A stretch of 64,000 nucleotides of DNA from the human T2T-CHM13v2.0 reference genome, Homo sapiens. Location of the stretch: assembly GCF_009914755.1 (NCBI RefSeq), contig NC_060937.1; one strand, given 5' to 3'. The notes under the pieces were generated by a model that did not search any database, was not told where the DNA came from, and saw only the letters and a list, made by a program, of their open reading frames with translations. Below, one piece after another: positions 54,030 to 64,000 of this stretch (positions within the stretch are counted from its first letter, which is position 1; every line of letters begins with the position of its first letter). The position numbers were made by a program, and so were the translations under genes.

Positions 54030-55900
54030 TTTTGATAGACTCTGACAATCTCTACCTTTGAATTGGTACATTCATACCATTAACATTCAAAGTGATTATT
54101 GATATCATTGGATTAATATCTACTATATTTGTTACTGTTTTCTATTCATTCTCCTCAGTCTTCATTCTTTTGTCTACCACTCTTTTTCTGCCTTTTGCAG
54201 TTTTCATTGATGATTTTAGATGACTCCATTTTCCCTGTCTTTCTTAGTACATACTTCTCTTTTTAAAACTTTTTTTTAACTAGTTGCCACAGAATTTGCA
54301 ATATACATTTACAACCAATTCAAGTCCACTTTTAAATAACACTATCCAACTATCCCACAAATAAGACTACCTGCTTAACAAACAAAACACCTAATTCCTC
54401 AGTAACATTTACAACCAATTCAAGTCCACTTTCAAATAACACTATCCCACTATCCCACAAATAAGACTACCTGCTTAACAAAGAACACACCTAATTCCTC
54501 AATATACATTTACAACCAATTCAAGTCCACTTTCAGATAACACTATCCCACTTCACGGGTGACTACCTGCTTAACAAAGAAAACACCTGATTCCTCCCTC
54601 CCATCCTTCCATTCCATTCCTTGTATTATTGTTCCTTATTTCACTTGTGTATAAGCATGCATAATCTATCTGTGTGTATTTATTATTATCTACAAACTTA
54701 TTGGTCAGATCAATTATGAATAAATACATGTTTTTATTGTACCACAATGCCTCCCTACCATCCTTCCATTCCATTCCTTGTATTAGTGTTACTCATTTCA
54801 ATTGTATATAAGCATACATAATATATCTGTATTTGTTATTGTCTATGATCTTCTTGGTCAGATCAATTAAGAATAAATACATAGGTTTTTATTGTACCAC
54901 AATTCTTTCTTTAATGCTCTTTTTAAAAAAATGTTGATCCAGGTTTCAGTTATATATCTTTTGTTTCCCTAAAGAATTTCATTTAACATTTCTTGCAAGA
55001 CAGGTCTCCTGGCAACAAGTTTCTTGAATTTTTATTTTTCTGAGGAAGGCCTTAATTCTCCTTCACTTTTGAAGGGTGGTTTCAGTGGGTACAGAAACTT
55101 AGGTTGGTGGGTTTTTTCTGTCAACATTTTGAATTTTTCATTTCACTGTCTTCTTACTTTCACAGTTTCTGAAATGTTGAATGCAGTTCTTATCTTTGTG
55201 TCTCTGTAGGTAAGGTGTTTTCTGCCCCACCTCTGGTTTCTTTCAGAGTTTTCCTTTATCTTTTATTTCATATAGTTTGAAAATTATATGTCCAAGTGTA
55301 GGTTGTTGGTATTTATTCTGCCTGGTGTTCTCAGAGCTTCCTGGATCTTTGGTTTGGTGTCTGACATTAATACTGGAAGTTCTCAGACATGGTTGTTGCA
55401 GAACTTTCTTCTATTTCTTCTCCTCTTGGTATTCTCATTACTGTTTCACCTTTTGTAGTTGTCCCACAGTCTTGAATATCATCTTCTGTTCTTTTCAGTG
55501 TTTCTTTTCTTTAGTTTTCGAAGTTTCTGATGATAAATCCTCAAGCTCAGAGATTTTTACTCAGCTGAGTCCAGTCTACTAATAAGCCATCAGAGGTATT
55601 CTTCAGTTATTTACCACGTTTTTCATCACTACATTATGTTGAAAGTTCTTACGATGTCTGTCTTTCTCATTACATTACCCATCTACACTTGAATACTGTC
55701 TACTTCATTCATTAGGCCCTTAGCATATTCTCCAGAGGTTTAAAAAAAAATTCCAAGATCATATCTTTGTCTGCTTCTGAAGCTTGCTCTGTTGACACAA
55801 ATTGTATTTTTTTCTTTTTTTGGATTTTAGTAAGCCTTGCAATTTTTTCCCTTTATTCTGATGCATGAAGTACCCACTAAAAGTGACTGTTGTTAGTATA
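54030..55900 (-). mobile_element. Old L1M fragment containing local tandem duplications (~100 bp x3 at 54305-54595; ~157 bp x2 at 54596-54903)
   Basis: acatttacaaccaattcaagtccac.. at ~54305, 54405 and 54506; ccatccttccattccattccttgtatta at ~54601 and 54758; L1 ORF1-region antisense sequence. Confidence 0.7.
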
Positions 55901-55943
55901 GCTTCAGTAATGCGGTGATGAGGTGACAGGGCAGGTGATGCTC

Positions 55944-56078
55944 TCTTAGTCTCTTTAGGCTACTATAACAAAATACTTCAGACTGAGTAATTCATAAACA
56001 ACAGAGATTATTGTTCACAGATCTGGAGGCTGGAAAGTACAAGACTAAAGGGCCAGGATATTTGGTGTTTGGTGAAGG
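55944..56078. mobile_element. MaLR (MLT1A/MST) LTR end fragment abutting the satellite
   Basis: tcttagtc..ggctactataacaaaatac..agactgagtaattcataaacaacag..tctggaggctggaaagt..tggtgaagg. Confidence 0.7.
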
Positions 56079-57485
56079 TCAAACATTCAGACACTCTCAA
56101 CGACTATAGCGACAGCAGCAGTCTTCAGGAATCCTATGTGAGGGACAAACACTCAGAAGCCAGCTGGAGTGTTCTAGAATCCTATGTGAAGGCCAAACAT
56201 TCAGACCCCAGCAGTAGTGTTGTGGAATCCTATGTGAGGGACAAACATTCAGACCACGGGAGCAGTGTTCTGGAATTCTATGTGAAGGACAAACATTAAG
56301 ACTCTCATAGCAGTGTCCTGGAATCATATGTGAGGGACAACCATTCAGACACCAGCAGAAGTGTTCTGGAATCCTAGGTGTGGGAAAAACATTCAGAACC
56401 TAGTAGCAGTGTTCTGGAATCCTATGTGAGGGACATACATTCAGACCACGGCAGCAGTGTTCTGGAATGGTATGTGAAGGACAAACATTCAGACCCTTGT
56501 AGCAGTGTTCCAGAATTTTATGTGAGGGACAAACATTCAGACCACAGCAGCAGTGTTCTGGAATCCTATATGACGGACCAACGTGCAGACCCTTGCAACA
56601 GTGTTCTGGAATACTAGGTGAGGGAAAAATATTCACACCCTTGTAGCAGTGTTCTGGAATTCTATGTGACTGACAAACATTCAGACTCCAGCAGCAGTGT
56701 TCTGTAATCCTATGTGAGGGACAAACATTCAGACCCCAAGAGCAGTGTTCTGAAATCCTATGTTAAGGGAAACATTGAGACCCCAGCATGAATGTTCTGG
56801 AATCCTATGTGAGTGACAAACATTCAGACCACGGCAGGAGTGTTCTGGAATCCTATGTGAGGAACAAACATTCAGACCACAGCAGGAGTGTTCTGGAATC
56901 CTATATGAGGTATAAGCATTCAGACCCTCATAGCAGTGTTCTGGAATCCTATGTGAGGGAGAAGCATTCAGAGCACAGCAGGAGTGCTCTGGAATCCTAT
57001 GTTAGGGACAAACATTCAGAACCTCGTAACATTGTGCTGGAAACCTATGTGAGGGACAGGCATTTAGACCCTCGCAGCAGTGTTCTGGAATCCCATGTGA
57101 GGGTCAAACATTCAGATCCTCGCAGCAGTGTTCTGGAATTCTATGTGAGTGACAAACATTCAGACTCCAGCAGCAGTGTTCTGTATTCCTATGAGAAGGA
57201 CAAACATTCAGAATCCAGGAGCAGTGTTTTGAAATCATATGTTAAGGGCAAACATACAGACCCTAGCATCAATATTCTAGAATCATATGTGAGGGACATA
57301 CATTCAGACCCTCACAGCAGTGTTCTGGAATCCTAGATGGGGGACAAACATTCAGACCCCAGCAGCAGACTTCTGGAATCCTATGTGGAGGACAAACATT
57401 CAGACAATGGCAGCAGTGTTCTGGAATCCTATGTGAGGGACAAACACTCAGAGCCTTGTAGCAGTGTTCTGGAATCCTATGTGAG
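56073..57485. repeat. CER (D22Z3-type) 48-bp satellite, ~29 monomers
   Basis: Unit cattcagaccccagcagcagtgttctggaatcctatgtgagggacaaa (48 bp), repeated throughout. Confidence 0.88.
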
Positions 57486-57829
57486 TGAGAGTGCCTGGAG
57501 CCTACCCAACCTGACGCCCCCAAAGCCCTCACAGGGTCTGACCTCCCAGCATGCACCTGCCTCTCCCTGAACCCCAACTGCCCACCCTGCCTGTTCCCCA
57601 GCCTCCTCCATCCTGTGCAGCCCATAGACTGTGACCATCTCTCCAGCCACTCTGGCCCTTCCTTTACCTTTGTCCTGTCAGAATCTCTGAGCAGGATCTC
57701 CCAGGTCCATCCAAATATGTGCTTTGTCCACTTTTGACTAGGCCCTTGGGCATCACTGGGCTATCCCAGCTGTCCACAGGGCCTTCAATAATGCACATTG
57801 CACCTGGCTTATCCAAGCAGTGCTCAGCA

Positions 57830-58740
57830 GCCCACATTGACCAGGTCCCTGCTGACCAGACCCTGCACATCAGGTCCTCCCTGATGACACCCTCACTGAT
57901 TAGACCCTCATGACCAGGCCCCACTAACAAGGCCCCCACTGCCGGGCACACAATGACAAGGACTCCACTGACCAGGACCTTACTGACAAGGACTCACTGA
58001 CAAGGCCTCATGGACTATGTCCTTACTGACAAGTCCTCACTGACTAGGTCATTATTGACAAGGCCTCACTGATCAGGTTCCACTGATCATGAACTCATTC
58101 CCTGGCCCAAAGATGAGGCCCCACTGACCAGGCCTCCAGGGAACAGGTTGCCACTGATCAGGCCCCTAATAACGAGGCCTTATGTCACCAGATGCCCCTG
58201 ACTGGGACCCTAGTGAGTAGACCCCACTGAACCGGCACCAAATGCTGAGATTCCCGCTGACCAAGTCACCCTGTAGACCGGTGCTACAAAAGTCACCACT
58301 GACCAAGTCCTCTCTGACCAGGACACTACAGATTAGGTCCCGCCGACAAGGCTGCCCTGACCAGGGCCCCACTGACAAGGGCCTCACTGATGAGGACACG
58401 CCCACCAGGGTCTGCTGACTAGGTCCCATGTGCCCCGTCCTGCACTGAGTAGCACCCCTTGACCTGGTCACCAGTGCCCCAGCCCATGCTGACCAGGCCA
58501 GCACTAAGCCCCAGCTGACCAGGTCTCCACTGATCAAGCCCCACAGCCCAGGTTTGCACTGACCAGACACCAAACAACTGGCAGCCAATAGGTCCCCACT
58601 CACCAAAACCCCCACTACTAGACCCCACTAATGAGACCCTCTCTAAGCAGACCCCTGCTGACCACTATCCCACTAAATAGTCCTCACTGACCTAGGTCCA
58701 CTGACCAGGCCCACACTGATCAGGCCCCTCCTAACCACAC
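57830..58740. repeat. Degenerate ~14-17-bp minisatellite (ccccactgaccagg)
   Basis: Dozens of actgac(c/a)agg variants. Confidence 0.85.
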
Positions 58741-58754
58741 TGGAAATCCAAACG

Positions 58755-59878
58755 GCAATGACATGTTTCATATGGCAGAAGTTGGAACAAGACAGAGGAA
58801 AGAGGTTCCACAGCCTTTTAAACTACTAGATCTCATGAGAACTCACTCACTATCAGGAGGATGGCATTAAGGGCTTGGTGCTTTGCCATTTGTGAAGGAT
58901 CCACTCCCACTCCTTTATGATTAAAGCTTTTTCCACCTAGGCCCCGACTCTAACATTAGGGAGTGTACTTTCACATGAGCTTTGTAAGGGGCATAGAGAA
59001 AAACCGTATTATTCTGTCCCTGACCCCACAAATCTCATGTCCTTCTCACATTGCAAGATACAGTCATGCCTTGCCAGCAGTCTCCCAAAGTCTTAACTCA
59101 TTTCAGCATTAACTCAAAGTTACAAAGTGCAAAGTCTCATCTGGGTCAAGGCTACATTCTCTTTTGCCTACAAGTCTCTGAAATAAAAAGCAAGTTCACT
59201 GCGTCTAAGGTACAATGATGGTACAGGCATTGTGTAAGCTTTCCATATCCAAAAGAGAGACATTTTCCAGAAAGCTTCTTATTTTTATCTGAGGCCCCCT
59301 CAGCCTGGCCTTCACTGTCCATGTTTTTGTCAGCATTCTTGTCACAGCCATTTAACCAGTCTCTAAGATGATCCAAAAATGTTCTCATCTGCCTGTCTTC
59401 TTTGGAGCCCTCCAAACTCTTCCAACCTCTACCCATTACCCAGTTCCGAAGTTGCTTCCACATTTTTAGGTATCTTTATAGCAGTGCTCCAGTCCTCATT
59501 TGCCATTTTTGGTAAGATTTATCTTGAAAAAGAGGTTTAATTGGCTCATGGTTCTGCAGAGTGGACAGGAAGCTTAGTGCTTCTGCTTCTGGGGGGCCTC
59601 AGAAATCTTTCAATCATTGTGCAAGGTAATGAAAGAGTGAATTGTCTCACATGGCAAGAGGAAATCACGGAGAATAGGGAGTGATATAGAGTTTTCAGTG
59701 GCCAGATCTCACGAGAAGTCACTCATGATTGTGAGGACAGTACCAAGGGGATGGTGCTGAACCACTCATGAGAAATTTGCCTTCATGATTCAATCACCTT
59801 ATACCAGGATCCACCTCCAACATTAGGAAGCATAATTCAACAAGAGATTTGGTGGGGACACATATTCGAATTGCCTCA
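58755..59878 (-). mobile_element. MST (ERVL-MaLR) element: LTR ~59500-59878, internally deleted MST-int, partial LTR ~58755-59030
   Basis: agatctcatgagaactcactcactatc, aaagtcttaactcatttcagcattaactcaaa, gagatttggtggggacaca; internal ORF-like peptide MWKQLRNWVMGRGWKSLEGS. Confidence 0.8.
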
Positions 59879-59879
59879 T

Positions 59880-61232
59880 CAGTCTTTGAGTATAAAGACA
59901 TCCATAGCAGGCTTTATCCAGCCAGCTTCTTTGGGATTCTTTATAGGGTTTCAGATCTATAGGATATCCACTAAAATATTCCTACTTCAAAAGGCAATAA
60001 AGTAAGTGGTATTATCATTCTTCAAAAAGTTATAATGGTAGTGTAGGCATTCATAGTATGATTTAGTTCATTTGCTACTGTTTCTATTCTATCACCATAT
60101 TAACACTTTCGTACACAATTCTATATTCAGCTGGGTTTCAGTTGAGCACAAAGTCATCCTTGTACTACCACCGATAGCTGACACCAGCTCTTTGATACTG
60201 TTATCATTCTGCTGTAGAAAGTACCCGTGAACTGGAAAAAGTCCACACTCGAATAGCTAGTCATTCAACACTATCAAATTTTAGGTGACTTTTTGAAAAA
60301 ATAGTATCTCTTGTTGCAAGAAATGCTCCATCTGTGATTTCAAGTCTCTCACTTGAGTGAATTGGATGGAAGTGGTGAATTTCAGCCAAAGTGGCCAAAG
60401 AAATCCTGTTCCTGTGATAATGACTCCATCAGCCTCTGCACCTCTGTCTTCCCTTCTGCCACATGTTGTCTGTTCTCCGTGACTTTGGTAAGAGCTTCCT
60501 TGTGTATGTGAATGATGTCCAGGATGTTTGTCTTGTGTCCCTGAGACAGCACTAACAGGTCCATGGCTGGGTCCAGGTCCTTCCTGGACTGACTGGCAAA
60601 GAGCTCACTGACAGAGTGGAAGGCATCTATACTGAAGTGGATGGCCTGGTCCAGCTCCAAGGCCTGGCTGAGGCTGAAGAAGAACTGTCAGGCTTCTGAT
60701 GCTCTTTCTCAAAGCCTGCCACCACTCATTGGCTGTGAAGTTGACCTGAGTGCCCTGTTGTCCATCTTCTTGGTGAAGCACTTGAAGCCATCAATCTTGC
60801 TCTCCCACTCCTAAAAGTTGAGTGTCACACTGGGGGTGGGCTCAGAGCCAGGAAGAATCTGGCACTCACCATCTCATCCTTCTCAGCCTTCCTCTTGCCC
60901 TGTCTCCAGGCTATCTCTTCAGTGCTGGTGGGGCACATCAGGAAGTGACAAAAAATGTGGCACTGCACCTGCATCCAGAAGCTGGCTGTGTGGTTCATCT
61001 ACAAGATTGGGCCCTTTCTGCACTTAACATAGATCCACTTCACCATAGATGCCTTCCACACTGTCAGTGAGCTCTTTGCCCATCAGCCCAGGCAGGATCT
61101 GGACCCAGTCATGGACCTGTTAGTGCTGTCTCAGGGACACCAGGCCAACATTCTGGACATCATCCACGTACACAAGGAAGCTCTTACCAGAGTCCTCCTC
61201 AAGATGGCCTGTGGTCTGCCTCTTGGCACCCG
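59880..61232 (-). pseudogene. SNX18P: Processed SNX18 pseudogene (PX C-terminus, BAR domain and part of the 3'UTR)
   Basis: The - strand reads [110 protein letters not shown], matching SNX18. It has stops and frameshifts and no intron. The 3' boundary is approximate. Confidence 0.9.
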
Positions 61233-63089
61233 AGAAGCCCACAGTGCTGTAGAAGCCCCGATGCTTGGACTGGAGCCCCAAAGGCGGCACACACCCCAGT
61301 TCTGAGCCTGCTGCTCATTTCCTCTATGTGGCTCCATTTGCAGCACATTTGTTGCACTGAGACCTGTGCATGCCAGGCAAAGCCAAGCTGGCTCAAAGAG
61401 CAACCACCCACCTCTGCAAGGGTGTGCCAGGAGCCAGTGTACCAGCCACCAACGTCACTCCCTGCCAGTCAGGGTAAATCAGTTATTCTGCCCTGGAGGT
61501 GGAGCCCCAGTGCCATCTGCTTTTCCTCAGGCCTCCACTCCATCAGCTGTCAGGTGGTGGTCACTCAGACTGTGGGAAACTGGCCATCCCTGTTTCCTTG
61601 AGTGCGTGAGGTTGGTGACTGCTCCACCTGCTACTGGCATACCCTTGCAGAGGTGGCTGGTTGCTCTTTGAGCCAGCTTGGCCTTGCCTGGTATGCACAG
61701 GCCCCAGGTACTGAGAAGCTGCTCCGAGTAAGTTTGTCTTGGGCCAAATTCTAAGTCTGGCCAGGGCCACAGAAGGCCGAGTCCCCTGGGTGGTAATCCT
61801 GGCTGCTGCAGGGGGGCCCATGGTCCCCCTCCCCTCCCAGGGCTCAGGATGAGGTCCGACTGGGACAGGATGCTTTAGGTATGGGACTTGTGCCCCAGGA
61901 GGGGACCTCTGTCACACACGTTGGGTGAGAATATGTATGGCATGCTGCTGGCTGCCAGGGCTGTTGGGATGCACGTTCACCCTTCCCTTCAGGGACCTCA
62001 AAGTGACCAGCTTCCCCTTTATGAGTGACTTCCCAAGGCCCAGGAGCCATTTGGGGCTGCAGAGCAGCTGGCTGCATGCTGCCCTGGCTTCTTCCATGTT
62101 GTGCTGGTCACTACCTACCAAGGGGTGTCAGATGCAGGCACAATGTAGGACGATTGTCTCTGGGCCTGTGTCTTGGTTATCATGGAGCTAGACTGGGTCT
62201 GGTGACAGGGCCCTGATGGGGTTGTCCTGTGTGGTCACGGAGGTGATCAGAAAAGATGCAGAATGGAATTGCTGCGAGGATGAATGAGATGACTGTCAGC
62301 ACATAACAGGCAGCTGGTGAGTGTTCAGGGATTACCCTCAGTAGCTGCCCAGAGACCAAAACCATCCACCTGATAGTGACTTTTCCCAAGCCAGAAGGAA
62401 GAGAAAAGAGCAGGTCCCACTCACCTGAATCTGATCAGTGAGCTGTGTTGAGATGTGCCTCTCATCTAGAAAATGGTCCTTCACGCAGAGCTACTCACAG
62501 ACACTGCTGTGTGTCTCTAACTGCTCCACAACACAGAGGCGATGGGGACTCAGCAACAGTGACATTGTGGGGTGACACAACCCACCACCATGGGAGTCTG
62601 CTTGGGTCAACAGGGCCCAGAGTCAGTGTCCTCTATCCCCTGAACTGACATGTGTGTATGCAATGTATTTGTGTATGCATATGTGCCTGTGTGTGTGTGA
62701 GTGTGTATGTGTGTGTTTGTCTTGCTTCTCTGGACAGGCCTAGCTTCTCCACTCATGGGTGCACCCAGGTCCTCATCACTGTCACCTTAGAGCATTAGAG
62801 CCTCTATAGGTGCTCCCCAATCTCTGCCCTCCCCACCCATGGTGGTCCTGGGGATGCAGACAGAGGAGGGGCACTGCATAATGCTGAGAGGGCTGGCACC
62901 CTCTCTAGGTGGAACACAGGTCATTTGTAAAGTTCTAGGTCTGCCAAGCAGTATTGGATTCAACACATCTTCTCACCTTCTCTTTCCAGCCACCCTCCAG
63001 GGTGCCCCGACTCACTTTCCCTGCAGATGGAGGCAAGGAGGCTCCACAGACAACCCTCCTGCCTGAGGTCACATAGTGGCCAGCAGGTC

Positions 63090-63700
63090 AGGTACTGACA
63101 AACTGCCCCTGACCAGGTTCCCAGTGATGAGTGATGAGACCCCTAATGACCACTCCTCCATTGACCAGGTCCCACTGATCAAGTCCCCACTGACCATGTC
63201 TTCCTAACCAGGCCCACACTTAATAGGCCTCATAGGCCAGACCCCACTGACCAATTTTCCACTGACCTGGTCCCCATTGACAAGACAGGGTTCCCACTGA
63301 CAAGACCACAATTTACCAGGTTGCTGCTCAACCGACCCCCCACTGAACAATTCTCCATGAACGAGTACCCAGCTGACTGAGCCCCCTCTGACCAGGCCCT
63401 CACTGACCAGGCTCCAAGCCACTAAGGCCCCACACTGACCAGGCCCGTGATATATTGTGTATGCCCCACCAACCAGTTTTTCATTGTTTATGTTCCAACA
63501 GATCAGGCCCCACTAATAAAGCCACCACTGACTAGGTCCCCCCACTGACCAGGCTTCCAATGACTAGGTCACCAGGTCCCCACTGATGAGGCCTTTACTG
63601 AGGAGGCTGCCACTAACCAGGCCCCTGCTGATCAGGTCCCAAATGACCAGGTCCTGATGACCAGGTCATCTCTGACCATGGTCCACTGACCAGGCCCCGG
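63090..63700. repeat. Second degenerate (ccccactgaccagg) minisatellite, same orientation as 57830-58740
   Basis: Read directly from the sequence. Confidence 0.85.
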
Positions 63701-64000
63701 AGCAACGGGGTTCAAAGTCTCATTACAATGTCCCCCTCAGCTCATAGACCCTCCCTCCCTGCATGTGTGCCCAGAGGTCAGGCCCTGGGGTTTTTTTTTG
63801 GGACGTGGCCTTTCCTCCAAGACACAGGGAGAGACAGTTGGCCTCAGGCTCCAGGTTCCCAGCTCCACACTCACCCCAAAGGCCCTCTGGGCCCGTCTCA
63901 AAGGAGAAAGTGAGGTGGCCTGACACTGCCTGGACACACCATCTACCCTATTCCTGAGTGTCAGGGTGTGAGGAAGGGAGGGACATTTGGCAGATAAGGC

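Noticed and set aside
61600-62100. Possible SOWAHC/ANKRD57 pseudogene fragment
   Set aside because: Only a chance-level peptide resemblance (ASQYL); I could not extend an alignment by eye.
62839-63066. 75-aa ATG-initiated ORF (MVVLGMQTEEGH...)
   Set aside because: No recognisable domain. It may correspond to a low-confidence predicted protein, but nothing in the sequence supports coding.

Overview
Primate (very probably human) genomic DNA with no intact protein-coding gene. Most of the window is nested repeats: ~30 Alus, two near-full-length L1PA elements, old L1M, ERV1 and MaLR remnants, and Tigger1. A CpG-island promoter (~20.4-21.15 kb) with NRF1/YY1/ETS motifs and a plausible spliced second exon (22737-22795) points to a + strand non-coding or pseudogene transcript. 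Its intron would hold a MER57 provirus (24261-38895, - strand) with both LTRs, a 4-bp TSD, a perfect tRNA-Leu PBS, an expanded ~36-bp VNTR, and inserted L1PA3, MER52 and Alus. The last 8 kb holds a 48-bp CER satellite block, two degenerate (ACTGACCAGG)-type arrays, an MST element and a processed SNX18 pseudogene with an internal inverted duplication. This combination looks like a pericentromeric/acrocentric segmental duplication; from memory, and unverified, it resembles the TEKT4P2/MAFIP-type duplicon. The most notable observations are: a spliced L1 whose 5'UTR intron was removed exactly at GT..AG, provable from the second L1 in the window; the inverted templated insertion in SNX18P; a SOX/CRE-motif VNTR grown inside an ERV; and an inverted duplicate linking positions 103-220 with 39601-39718. 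I see no convincing new gene system. Subfamily names are recognised by eye, and boundaries are approximate unless a TSD or junction is quoted.
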